Shown: positions 41,864-51,215, numbered from the stretch's first letter. The stretch: DNA of 64,000 nucleotides from Candidatus Sungiibacteriota bacterium (GCA_016186145.1 JACPMF010000009.1:17505-81504), one strand, 5' to 3'. A program made the numbers and translations. Notes: generated from the sequence alone by a model not told the origin.

Positions 41864-42197
41864 TACCTATATGGTATCAGTTTTAGTCGCACAATAAAAT
41901 CCCACTCGCCATTTCAAAATTTTTCCAGCATTCGATTCGGACAAAACATCCTTACGCACTTCGCAATACGAATAAGAAAAATCTGAACTCAACCTCGTCC
42001 CGATTTCAGCGGGACTTGGGATTCAAACAAGCAGATTTTCCTTGTATTGCTTATGCGCTCGTCGTTTTGTAACCCAAATCTCTGTAATGGAAAAATTTTG
42101 GAATGGCTCGCTTAAGTAGACAATATAAAATGAAAAACCCGCTAGGGGTCTTGCGACATAGCGGGTAGACAGTTGGTCTGTCCAGTCCATCTGCACA

Positions 42198-42689
42198 TCA
42201 TCCTTTGAAGTAAGCGACGGCCTCATCGTCCTTGATGCCGTTGGCCATCCGTTTGAAGCGGAGCTTCCACTGGCCGCCTTTGCAAAACCAGCGGGGAGTC
42301 CATTCGATGCCAAACACCACGTTGTCGCCTGGGCCGAACCTCGTGCCGGGGATGTGGTACAGGGAGCCCCAGAAACCGATGAACGAATTGCCTCCGTTCG
42401 GTGCTTGCCGCCAGGATTCCGGGATGGCTTCCTGATATTCGAGTAGCACTCGGTAATTCATATTCAACGGCTTGATGCGTCCCTCATGCGCATGGAGGTA
42501 GAACCACAGGTCCTTGCCCGTTCGCACGAGCGGGTTGGGCCTGCCGTACATCAGTTCCACCTTCTCTACTTCCCAGACAACCTCGCCCTGTCCATCTGCG
42601 AAATGCTCGCAAAGATCCAGGAGCCTGAACATCACGTCCGGAGCAGGGCTGCCTGCGGGGATGATGACACGCCCTTGTAATGTTGTCAC
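42198..42689 (-). CDS. hypothetical protein, GC-richer than flanks
   Basis: AAAGGAG RBS; 163-aa ORF. Confidence 0.6.
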   Translation of the reverse strand: MTTLQGRVIIPAGSPAPDVMFRLLDLCEHFADGQGEVVWEVEKVELMYGRPNPLVRTGKDLWFYLHAHEGRIKPLNMNYRVLLEYQEAIPESWRQAPNGGNSFIGFWGSLYHIPGTRFGPGDNVVFGIEWTPRWFCKGGQWKLRFKRMANGIKDDEAVAYFKG

Positions 42690-42852
42690 TAATCTTTCTC
42701 CTTTCTGTCATTTTTGTGATCCTGTTTTTATAATAACAACATGTATATATAAAGTCAATAGCAACGTAGCAACAAAAAATCAGCATCTCTGCTACTTCTT
42801 ATATCAAATCTTTATGAAAAAATTTTCTTTTCCCAAAAATATGTTTTATGAA

Positions 42853-43137
42853 TCAATGATTATTCATTACCCGTTTCTCTACAGCCGAATAAACGACTGA
42901 TCGATGCTGAATCGCAAATATCTTTATTGTTATACCGTCTATCCTAAAAATAATCCTATAATCTCCCACACGGAGTTTACGATAACCTTTAAGCGAACGG
43001 CGAAGCGGCTTTCCGTAAACATCCGGCCCCGTCATGAGTTTCCGCTCAATGACCTGACGTATTTTATCGCGCCAAACCTTCGAGATCTTCGGTATATCGT
43101 CATGCACGACAGACTCGTGATAAAAAACCTTGAACAT
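42853..43137 (-). CDS. RelE/StbE family toxin
   Basis: GKPLRRSLKGYRKLRVGDYRIIF..HRSVVY. Confidence 0.92.
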   Translation of the reverse strand: MFKVFYHESVVHDDIPKISKVWRDKIRQVIERKLMTGPDVYGKPLRRSLKGYRKLRVGDYRIIFRIDGITIKIFAIQHRSVVYSAVEKRVMNNH

Positions 43138-43146
43138 TTTTTATTG

Positions 43147-43368
43147 TTATTTCCAGGCTCTCGTATGGCCAACGAACCGCGACCCTTTTCTATCTCGCTT
43201 TAAGGCGATTTTGTCCCAAGATTGATCCTCTTCCAACTCCAAAGCAATTTCAATAAGTCTCGCCGCTTTTGTTGCTTCGGGGGTTCGGTCCCGCTTAGCA
43301 AGCTTACTCAAGGCCTCTTTTATTTCATCTGGCAATGTAATGTTAATTCTAGTTTTGGTAGTGGTCAT
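43147..43368 (-). CDS. RHH-type antitoxin
   Basis: KTRINITL..LAKRD..LIEIALELEED..HTRAW. Confidence 0.85.
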   Translation of the reverse strand: MTTTKTRINITLPDEIKEALSKLAKRDRTPEATKAARLIEIALELEEDQSWDKIALKRDRKGSRFVGHTRAWK

Positions 43369-43459
43369 ATATTTATAGTGTATCAAAAGTGTATCAGCAA
43401 TGTCAAGGGGGGATAATTAAGTTTCTTAAAGTGTGCAGTATTCTTGAATTAGTCCGAAC

Positions 43460-43750
43460 GCATTTCGCCGCCTGCGGCGGCGAGGAAAGCCCCCAGCCTG
43501 CGTGGCCGAAGCCACTTCGGCGAGGCGAAGGCCCGCGAAAAATCCGAAAGGCGGCGCCTGCCCGCCGACCTGTCCGCCAAAGCTTTAGCGACGGCGGAAG
43601 CCTCGGCGCAGGCGGGGAACCGCACCGACTTGTCCGCCGAAGTTTTAACGAAGGCGAGTGACAATTTCCCGCCGTCGCCCTTTGGGCTATGGCGGACACG
43701 GCAAGTTTTTCTTTGCATTGCACTCCGTAGCTTTAGCGAAGGATGTGGCG
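43460..43750. repeat. cluster of short CCGAAGC..GCGAAGG palindromic repeats
   Basis: several imperfect copies; related copies near 44600, 47270 and 47500. Confidence 0.65.
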
Positions 43751-43759
43751 GCAAATTCT

Positions 43760-44533
43760 TTAATTCTTAACATACTTTTTCAAAAGACTATGCAATTTTC
43801 TACCCTTATAAATCAGCTCATCACTTTCCAATTTTTTAAGTTCATAAAGAGGCGCAAATTCTTTGTAGAGTTTCGGCATTTTAAGAATTTCTATCAACTC
43901 ATACTTAACCCATTTGTCATAGTCCAGCGGATAAACTTTTTTGGATATGAAAAGGGCCTGCAGAAATTCTTTGGCGGCATCATGGAATCTCTTAAATGCT
44001 TGAAAATACAAACCGCGCTTCACGTACGGTTCAATGTGTTCGATATTATTCACACAATACATTTTTACCTCTTTCAATCTTTTTTTCCTCAACGATTCGT
44101 TGTAGTAAGGAAAGAATTTCTCTTTCGCGCGATCATAGGAATTGCCGCGCTTAAAAACAGGATGGCAATAAACAAAAGAGTGCCCGAGCTCTATTTCAAA
44201 ATCGTCGGGCCCACTTGTCCAAAATCGCTGTTTCGGCTTGGGGTTCAAAGTTCGTATATGCAACCCGATATCGAAAAATCGGCCGGTGTCTTCATTTTTC
44301 TTCAAGCTTTTAATTATAGACGGTCCAACAATATCGAATTCTTTCGAAAGTTCATCAATAGTTGTTTGGTCTTTAACGAAAACGTCAACATCAACGTCAG
44401 CGTCGTGAGAGCCCTTGCCACGCAAAATCGAACCGACCAATGTGATAGCCAAAACAACCTTTTTCTTCTTGAAAAAATCAACCGTCGCCCAAAATGCTTT
44501 TTCGTGCGATTTGCTTGGAAATACAAAGTCCAT
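43760..44533 (-). CDS. nucleotidyltransferase-domain protein
   Basis: GSILRG..DADVD motif with helical C-terminus. Confidence 0.8.
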   Translation of the reverse strand: MDFVFPSKSHEKAFWATVDFFKKKKVVLAITLVGSILRGKGSHDADVDVDVFVKDQTTIDELSKEFDIVGPSIIKSLKKNEDTGRFFDIGLHIRTLNPKPKQRFWTSGPDDFEIELGHSFVYCHPVFKRGNSYDRAKEKFFPYYNESLRKKRLKEVKMYCVNNIEHIEPYVKRGLYFQAFKRFHDAAKEFLQALFISKKVYPLDYDKWVKYELIEILKMPKLYKEFAPLYELKKLESDELIYKGRKLHSLLKKYVKN

Positions 44534-44686
44534 AAAAAATTTTCTTCCCGCAAAATTAAAATATGGTTCCCTCCAGAGGCGGGCAGGCGAGCCGACCCGC
44601 TTCGCCGGAGCTTCAGCGAGGCGAGTGTTTTTCTCCGGGTTCTTTTGCGGTTTTTATCGACGTAACGAAACCACAAAATTACACAA

Positions 44687-44757
44687 TGCGGGTAGGCGGA
44701 ATCGAACCGCCATCAGCTGATTGGCAACCAGCTGTTCTACCATTAAACCATACCCGC
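44687..44757 (-). tRNA. tRNA-Gly(GCC)
   Basis: cloverleaf; anticodon loop TTGCCAA. Confidence 0.95.
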
Positions 44758-44766
44758 TTATAAAAT

Positions 44767-44982
44767 TTATACTGCAAATGCAATAACATGCATAACGACA
44801 GCTACAAACACCAAAACTGCTCCAACTAGTTTATGTCTAGTAAAAATAAGCAGAGCCAGACCAAACCCAAAAACAGCATGCGTGACATTGGCAACCGCAA
44901 TATGCTGCTGCCAAAAAGCGTACGCTCGCTCAAAATAAAATCCTACCAATGGTAAATTTTCTAAAAAAGCGTCAAAGGCCAT
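44767..44982 (-). CDS. small membrane protein
   Basis: hydrophobic ORF between tRNA genes. Confidence 0.55.
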   Translation of the reverse strand: MAFDAFLENLPLVGFYFERAYAFWQQHIAVANVTHAVFGFGLALLIFTRHKLVGAVLVFVAVVMHVIAFAV

Positions 44983-44984
44983 AA

Positions 44985-45056
44985 TGCCGAGGGGGAGAAT
45001 CGAACTCCCTACGCTTGCCTCTTCAGGGCAACGCTCTACCAATGAGCTACCTCGGC
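44985..45056 (-). tRNA. tRNA-Phe(GAA)
   Basis: cloverleaf; loop CTGAAGA. Confidence 0.95.
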
Positions 45057-45096
45057 TTTTTATTCAGTTTACAAAAATTTCCCCAAATCGCAACCT

Positions 45097-45591
45097 TCAC
45101 AAATCCGTATGCTCTATACGGTATCCGCCATCGTCCGAAAGCACGCGGACCGTATGAACACTAACGGCTGGGACCTCGCCGAATATAAACCGCTTTGCCA
45201 TTAAATAGTCGCTTGGAATTATCGCCGCCTTTTCTTTTTCTACGTCTTCGGGACCAAACCATTTTATCTCCCCCTCATTTTGTTTAGCCGGCTCTCCAGA
45301 AAGAAATTCAACACCGCACACCCAAATCAAAAAGTGTCCCCCAATCTCGCCGTTTTGTGAATCGCGAAGCACTTCCGAAACAATTCCGCGAAGACCGGCA
45401 AATTTTACATCAACGCCAATTTCTTCCTTTAATTCGCGCTCGATCGCGTCGGCAATATGTTCTCCGTATTCAACCTTGCCGCCGGGAATTGCCCAATAAT
45501 TTTTATATGGCTCTTTATTGCGGCGAATCAAAAGACACTTGCCGTTTTTTAACAGAGACCCGACAACAACGTTCAGTGGATGCTGAAACAT
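45097..45591 (-). CDS. NUDIX hydrolase
   Basis: PGGKVEYGE..AIERELKEEIG. Confidence 0.92.
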   Translation of the reverse strand: MFQHPLNVVVGSLLKNGKCLLIRRNKEPYKNYWAIPGGKVEYGEHIADAIERELKEEIGVDVKFAGLRGIVSEVLRDSQNGEIGGHFLIWVCGVEFLSGEPAKQNEGEIKWFGPEDVEKEKAAIIPSDYLMAKRFIFGEVPAVSVHTVRVLSDDGGYRIEHTDL

Positions 45592-45605
45592 ATCAGTTTA
45601 AAAAT

Positions 45606-45869
45606 CTATTCTTCTTCGGAATCAACGCCGCCTCCTCCGACAAGACCGTCTTTTACCTCTGACATCTTTTCAAGCGCGTCACCAAGCCGCATATCAAGGT
45701 TAAGAATTCCATCTTTGAGATATTTTAAAATTAATTCTTCGGCGCGTTGGATATGCAGCGCCTCCTGCAGCGTGCCGACTTGATGGTCCATAAACATTTT
45801 ATGGGCTTCTCTAGAAATACTGTCTAAGAAATCAGAATCTCCAGGATTTTTAGGATTTGATTCATTCAT
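45606..45869 (-). CDS. hypothetical protein
   Basis: 87-aa ORF. Confidence 0.5.
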   Translation of the reverse strand: MNESNPKNPGDSDFLDSISREAHKMFMDHQVGTLQEALHIQRAEELILKYLKDGILNLDMRLGDALEKMSEVKDGLVGGGGVDSEEE

Positions 45870-45921
45870 ATTTTTACTGAGAAAACTAAATTATAACAAT
45901 ATTTCAATCTTAAATGTTTAA

Positions 45922-45993
45922 TGGGCGCTGAGGGTATCGAACCCCCGGCCTACTCGGTGTAAACGAGTCGCTCTACCACTGAGCTAAGCGCCC
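45922..45993 (-). tRNA. tRNA-Val(TAC)
   Basis: cloverleaf; loop TTTACAC. Confidence 0.95.
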
Positions 45994-45997
45994 GGAA

Positions 45998-46192
45998 TTA
46001 TCTTTCAGAACGCCGAGGAACAATAAAAATAGAAATTATATACGCAAAAATGCCGGGCACGACACCGGTCGCAATAACCAGCAAGAGCCAAAGTAAACGC
46101 AAAATCACCGGATCAACGGCGAAATATTCGCCAACACCACCGATGACGCCTGAAAGTACTTTATTGTCCTTACTTTTATATAGACGCCGCAT
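45998..46192 (-). CDS. PspC domain protein
   Basis: RLYKSKDNKVLSGVIGGVGEYFAVDP..R. Confidence 0.9.
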   Translation of the reverse strand: MRRLYKSKDNKVLSGVIGGVGEYFAVDPVILRLLWLLLVIATGVVPGIFAYIISIFIVPRRSER

Positions 46193-46208
46193 AACAAAAT
46201 AGGCGAGA

Positions 46209-46290
46209 TGGGCGAGGAGGGACTCGAACCCTCAAGCCTTGCGGCATACGGCCCTCAACCGTAAGCGTATTCCAATTCCGCCACTCGCCC
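46209..46290 (-). tRNA. tRNA-Leu(GAG)
   Basis: cloverleaf with long variable arm; loop TTGAGGG. Confidence 0.95.
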
Positions 46291-46312
46291 GAATTTTTCG
46301 AATCGCCCCTTC

Positions 46313-46696
46313 TTACTCGACACGCGCCGGCTCTTCACCACCGACGACCCGTTCCTGCTTCATTTTCTTTCTTGCCTCCTTTGCGGCCTTGTCCCGAATG
46401 TAATAAAGCTTTGCGCGACGGACTTTGGAGCGCTTTAGTACTTCAATTTTTTGTATCGCCGGGGAATGCAATGAAAAAATCCGCTCAACGCCGACACCCG
46501 CCGCAACCTTCCGAACCGTTATAGTCGATGAAGGCCCTTTTCCATGCTTCCGCGCAATAACAAGCCCCTCAAACGGCTGAATCCTTTTCTTGTCGCCTTC
46601 TTTGACAAGCTGAAAAACCTTGATTACGTCGCCAGGCCGTACATCAGGCATATCGCTCCTCATGACGTTTTTTCGAAACGCGGTTAACGCATCCAT
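46313..46696 (-). CDS. rplS: 50S ribosomal protein L19
   Basis: KRIQPFEG, GVGVERIF, KVRRAKLYYIR. Confidence 0.97.
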   Translation of the reverse strand: MDALTAFRKNVMRSDMPDVRPGDVIKVFQLVKEGDKKRIQPFEGLVIARKHGKGPSSTITVRKVAAGVGVERIFSLHSPAIQKIEVLKRSKVRRAKLYYIRDKAAKEARKKMKQERVVGGEEPARVE

Positions 46697-46714
46697 GATG
46701 TTTCTCTTACCATA

Positions 46715-47476
46715 TTACCTGTCTTTTCGCAATGACGCTAAAAAACTTTTAAGGTCTTCCGGTAGCGATGCCTCAAATACGAAACGGCGCCCTCCCGGAT
46801 AACTGAAAGAGAGAGACCCTGCATGCAAAAACTGACGGCCCAATTCTCCCGACTTAACCTCTTTTTTCCCATAAAGCCGGTCGCCAACAACCGGATGGTG
46901 CAAAGCGGCAAAATGCACTCGAATCTGATGCATGCGCCCGGTCTTGGGCATTACCTCGACAAGTGTTGCGTTCGAAAAACGTTCAAGAACCTGAAACTCC
47001 GTTACCGCATCTTTCATTTCCCTGCCGTATTTCTCCCGCGTCGTCCGTTTGACACCATTTCCTTTCAATGCCCCAACGGGTAAGTTGATCACTCCTGATT
47101 TTTCTGTGATAACCCCGTGCACTAATGCAATGTATTTTTTTTCGACCTGTCTGGTTTTAAAAAGTTGTTTCAGAATTTCAAAACTTTCCTGATTCCGGGC
47201 GATAACCATAACCCCCGAAGTTTCTTTGTCGAGACGGTGCACGATTCCGGGTCTGTATGGCTCACCCGCCTTCGCCCCCGCTTCGCCAAGGCTACGCCGG
47301 ACGAGCAAGGCTTCGGCGGGTAAATCTCCGACATTTTTTATTTCCGGGAACCTTGCGACCAACCAAGCGGTGAGCGCCTCTTCCGTTTTTATCGAACCGC
47401 CGGCATGTACCGCCAATCCGGCAGGTTTATTGATGACAACAAAATTTTCGCCCTCGTAAATTATAACCGGCTCCAT
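46715..47476 (-). CDS. RluA family pseudouridine synthase
   Basis: NKPAGL, GIVHRLDKETSG, TGRMHQIRVH. Confidence 0.95.
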   Translation of the reverse strand: MEPVIIYEGENFVVINKPAGLAVHAGGSIKTEEALTAWLVARFPEIKNVGDLPAEALLVRRSLGEAGAKAGEPYRPGIVHRLDKETSGVMVIARNQESFEILKQLFKTRQVEKKYIALVHGVITEKSGVINLPVGALKGNGVKRTTREKYGREMKDAVTEFQVLERFSNATLVEVMPKTGRMHQIRVHFAALHHPVVGDRLYGKKEVKSGELGRQFLHAGSLSFSYPGGRRFVFEASLPEDLKSFLASLRKDR

Positions 47477-47480
47477 GGTT

Positions 47481-47549
47481 TGGACCTAGTGAGAATCCTC
47501 CTTCGCTAAAGCTTCGGAAGGACACAGTCGAACTCGCGTCTCCACAATG
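47481..47549 (-). pseudogene. tRNA 3'-half remnant interrupted by a palindromic repeat
   Basis: CATTGTGGAGACGCGAGTTCGA[insert]TTCTCACTAGGTCCA. Confidence 0.55.
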
Positions 47550-47629
47550 TTCCCATTTTGCCTGCGATCCCGCTAAAAGCGGGAGAGCAGCTACAAATCG
47601 CAATCCCGTAGGATTTTCGGGAACAGCAA

Positions 47630-47700
47630 TGGAGATACCGGGAATCGAACCCGGGCCTCGACAATGCGAATGTCGCGTAATGCCACTTTACTATATCCCC
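47630..47700 (-). tRNA. tRNA-Ala(CGC)
   Basis: cloverleaf, G3-U70 pair, loop TTCGCAT. Confidence 0.93.
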
Positions 47701-47926
47701 GAAAATCCAGCGGGACGAATGCGGTGTATTTCCCGGGTTTACTACTGCGAGAGCTCGCTTCGCTCGCTTTCTCGTAAAACCCGCGAAAAGCTATTCAAAC
47801 GCTTTTCGCCCACTATACTATAGGCCCGGCGCACCCAACTTACCACATTCTGGGTTATAAAAACCGAGTTGACAACCCCTTCTTGGAATGCTACAAATAT
47901 GCGCGTTCCGGCACTGCCGGAATTTT

Positions 47927-48400
47927 ATGATTATACAAGCATTTACTGGGTTTTTGGCGGCGACGATTATCACCGCCACCCCAACAAGCTCTTCGTACCT
48001 TTCCACCAGAAGCATACCAGACAACCAGAACAGCACCCCATCAGAGATGATCGTAGTCAACGCGGGCTCAATTCTCGGGACAAAACCGCCGAATCCGGAA
48101 ATAACTCCCTTGCGGGTCCGCCTTTATATCACTGCCTACTCCAGCTCTCCTGACGAAACCGACGACACCCCTTTTATAACCGCATCCGGAAAACGCGTGC
48201 GGCACGGAATTGTCGCATCGAATTATCTTCCGCTCGGCGCAAAAATAAAAATCCCAGACATCTTCGGAGAAACGGTGTTTGTCGTTGAGGATCGCATGCA
48301 TCGCCGTTTCAACGACCGTATTGACATCTGGATGCCGACAAAAAGAGACGCTTTGGTATTCGGAAAGAAACTTGCTGAAGTTGAAATTCTGCTGGACTAA
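47927..48400 (+). CDS. 3D domain protein
   Basis: TAYSSSPDETDDTPFITASG, VEDRM, IDIW. Confidence 0.88.
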   Translation: MIIQAFTGFLAATIITATPTSSSYLSTRSIPDNQNSTPSEMIVVNAGSILGTKPPNPEITPLRVRLYITAYSSSPDETDDTPFITASGKRVRHGIVASNYLPLGAKIKIPDIFGETVFVVEDRMHRRFNDRIDIWMPTKRDALVFGKKLAEVEILLD

Positions 48401-48457
48401 TGTCTGCCGCAAAAACTCCGCCCTTTGGGGCGGAGTTTTGTTTTTCCCGAAAATCAA

Positions 48458-48850
48458 TTAAACCTCTTCGGCAATGCTTTTTAAGCGCTCAATTTTTGCC
48501 TGATCCAATATAAGCTCGCGGGACATAAAATCAATATAATCCGCAAGAATTTCTTTGAAAAGCTGCCTGCTTTTTTCCTGAAGCGCCCCTTTAGAATAGC
48601 GCTTTTTAACGCTTTCCTCGATTTCTTTCACCTTAGGATCTGCCGGATCAAAAAAAACGGAACCCATGTGATCAGCAACCCATCCTTTTTCTTCTTCCGA
48701 AAGGACGCCCTTTACCGCATCAAACAAAGACCGCGCAAGTTTCTTTTTGAAACCCTCCAATGCTATCTGTTTTTCCTCTTCCGTAAAGCCAAGTTCATCA
48801 AAAATTTCAAAAAGAATCCTTTTAAATTTTCCTTTCTCCATATTTTTCAA
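48458..48850 (-). CDS. hypothetical protein
   Basis: 130-aa helical ORF. Confidence 0.55.
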   Translation of the reverse strand: MKNMEKGKFKRILFEIFDELGFTEEEKQIALEGFKKKLARSLFDAVKGVLSEEEKGWVADHMGSVFFDPADPKVKEIEESVKKRYSKGALQEKSRQLFKEILADYIDFMSRELILDQAKIERLKSIAEEV

Positions 48851-48901
48851 CCTGCTGAGCTACGCGGGGGCAAGCCCCCGCGGTTTTTAAGGATGACTCT
48901 G

Positions 48902-49053
48902 CCCCGCTCAAATTTTGCTTCGTGAGCCAAAGCGAAGCGCTTCGCCAGAAATGCGGAATGCGCCTATTCGGCGCGCGCTTCGCTCTATTCTAAAGTTTTA
49001 ATGTTGATTTAGTAAGGACGGCATTGCAAGGTGAAAGCAAAATTTGAGCGGGG
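48902..49053. mobile_element. MITE-like element with 19-bp terminal inverted repeats, between GCAAGC-loop hairpins
   Basis: CCCCGCTCAAATTTTGCTT / AAGCAAAATTTGAGCGGGG. Confidence 0.7.
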
Positions 49054-49350
49054 TTAGCCCTCGTGCTCCGCCATTCACCGCGGCGGCAAGCCGCCGCAGT
49101 TTCTGGCGGACTCTGGCTAAAAGGCATCATCAAAAAGAAAAGCAAAAATGAGCAATGGAAAAGCAAACATCCCGATAAGCATGTTTGACTCCCACCGCTC
49201 GTGGGCAGAAAAGCCTTTCGACCGTCGCTCGCTTGAAGGCGACCTTTCGCTCATATTCATTGAAACTATAACACGAAGAAATGGATAAGATAAGGGGATT
49301 TTAGTAGAAAATTTTGAGAAGCGCCCGCGAAGCATGGTATAATAACGCCA

Positions 49351-50109
49351 ATGGCACTCGAATTTGAACTCAAAAAACTTGGATTTTCCGACAAGGAAGC
49401 GAAAGTCTACCTTGCCCTCCTGGAACTCGGCGCCTCACCGGTACAGCCGGTTTCGGAGAAAGCCGGGGTAAATCGCGCAACAACCTATGTGGTACTGGAA
49501 ACCCTCCGAAGCCGCGGGGCCGCCAGTACTGTCGAGAAAGAAGGCAAAACAATGTTTATCGCGGAAAGCCCGCGCACTCTTTTGCGGCTCTTCCGCGCGC
49601 AGGAGCAGGAATTAAAAGAGAAGCAAGAGGCATTCAAAAAAGTTCTCCCGGAACTTGAAGCGGTCTTCAACATCGCGACCGGAAGGCCAAAAGTAAAATT
49701 CTTTGAGGGGCCCGAGGGAGTCCGGGCAGTCCGAGAAGACATTCTGCAATCGGGAGCAAAAATCCTTTATGACATCTATTCCCTTGAATACGTCAACCAG
49801 ATTATGTCTCTTTTTTCCGAAGAGGAAGTAAATGAATATGTAAAAAGACAACAGGAAGCCGGAATGACCATAAAATCCCTCTATACCAGCGAGACCGGCC
49901 CATCTACCGAATTCAAACTCACCGGCGAGCGCAAATTCTTGCCAAAGGAAAAATTTCCTATTGCTGGCGACATTTTAATCTACGAAGATCGGGTCTCCCT
50001 TACCACGCTTCGCGGCAGAATCATGAGTGTAATCATAGAGAGTAAAGAGATCGCCGACACCATGCGGCTTGTGTTTGATCTTGCTTGGCTTGGCGCTGAC
50101 CATATTTAA
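49351..50109 (+). CDS. TrmB family transcriptional regulator
   Basis: LGFSDKEAKVYLALLELG..NRATTY..KVKFFEGPEG. Confidence 0.92.
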   Translation: MALEFELKKLGFSDKEAKVYLALLELGASPVQPVSEKAGVNRATTYVVLETLRSRGAASTVEKEGKTMFIAESPRTLLRLFRAQEQELKEKQEAFKKVLPELEAVFNIATGRPKVKFFEGPEGVRAVREDILQSGAKILYDIYSLEYVNQIMSLFSEEEVNEYVKRQQEAGMTIKSLYTSETGPSTEFKLTGERKFLPKEKFPIAGDILIYEDRVSLTTLRGRIMSVIIESKEIADTMRLVFDLAWLGADHI

Positions 50110-50134
50110 ACTACCAAAGCACTACTAAATAAGT

Positions 50135-50416
50135 TCGGCCCGGAGCGCAGATTTTCGCGCCCCGGGCCATTTTGCGTTTCTACGAACATATCAGAACCGC
50201 AGACCGCTTCGATCAGAGATTTTTCCAAAAGAACGAACCCAATCTCGAGCATCAAAATCAGCCCTTACTTGGATTCGCCCATCGGACACCTCCTTTCGCT
50301 CTTGATACGACATGCCTAGGGTTCGTAGGTGTAGGGCCGGTCCGCCAAGGTGCAGCGGACCAAGCCCCATCCCTTAGGCATCGCCCACGATCGCCACCCC
50401 CTCTCAAGCCAGAATT
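50135..50416 (-). ncRNA. putative ~280-nt structured RNA with a mini-ORF
   Basis: consensus promoter, internal stems, terminal hairpin. Confidence 0.5.
50137..50168. terminator. GC-rich hairpin between trmB and the convergent transcript
   Basis: GGCCCGGAGCGC..GCGCCCCGGGCC. Confidence 0.7.
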
Positions 50417-50422
50417 ATCTCC

Positions 50423-50452
50423 ATTATAGCTGATTGACAACTTCTTGTCAAT
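50423..50452 (-). promoter_or_regulatory. sigma70 promoter TTGACA-N17-TATAAT with overlapping palindrome
   Basis: ATTGACAA-cttc-TTGTCAAT at 50433-50452. Confidence 0.8.
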
Positions 50453-50581
50453 GTATCTTAACAAAACATCTTTGCTTTGCAGTCACTCGTATCACATACT
50501 GCGCTGACATTTCCTTTTGGCAAAAAATTGGCTTAAAATATCAGTTTTTTGAGCCATGTCCATAGAATTTGTTAAAAGGGC

Positions 50582-50610
50582 TTGACAAAGTTTTTAGATA
50601 GGTATATAAT
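50582..50610 (+). promoter_or_regulatory. sigma70 promoter TTGACA-N17-TATAAT
   Basis: perfect consensus. Confidence 0.85.
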
Positions 50611-50616
50611 TACTTT

Positions 50617-51215
50617 ATAACAGTACCTTGCCAGGAAATTATTCCTGCCAAGTGGCGTGCGGCTAAAGGATTACAAGCCGAGCCCTTGCGGACATTATGG
50701 AACCCGGGAATAAACAACATTATGTATCCGCCACAGGCGGATCAGTCCCGATCCGTTCCAAGAGTGCCGATTTTAGTCCTTTACTCGCATCATTCTTGGC
50801 AGGAATAGCTTATCACCCGCTCTCTTGAGCCATGGGAACACTAGCCCCGCACCAATTTTGCCTTATCAAACCGTAGGTTTTGTAAGTAAAAAGGAGGGGC
50901 AAAACACTTGAGCGAAGTGCGTGTGCCGGAACCCCGCAGTAGAGTAAGGCTCACTACGGGGCAAGTAGGCACGGATTCTGAAATAAGGGCGACCTGCCCC
51001 GTAGGGAACGCGAAGCGTTATCCTTCGGGGAGCACTTCGCCACAGAGTGGTAATGCAAAATTGGTGCTGGGGTATTTTCAAAATAGGCCCGATTTTAATA
51101 AAGGGCAGGCCCTTCGAGGACCAATGGCTCAAAAGAACGGGTGATTAGTTCAACTTTTAAAGAAAGGGTAGAGGTAACCCCCGATGAAGTTGCGGATAAT
51201 TCGCGGCAAGGAGAA
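50617..51215 (+). ncRNA. putative ~600-nt structured ncRNA
   Basis: multiple nested long-range helices; no convincing ORF. Confidence 0.65.

Noticed and set aside
43430-43470. Recombinase C-terminal remnant (ILELVRTHF)
   Set aside because: Too short to support without a search.
43658-44665. 335-aa plus-strand ORF
   Set aside because: Antisense shadow of the nucleotidyltransferase gene plus repeat DNA.
50617-51215. RNase P, tmRNA, SRP RNA or group II intron identity
   Set aside because: No GAGGAAAGTCC motif, tRNA-like ends, SRP loop or domain V seen by eye; a divergent known family is still possible.
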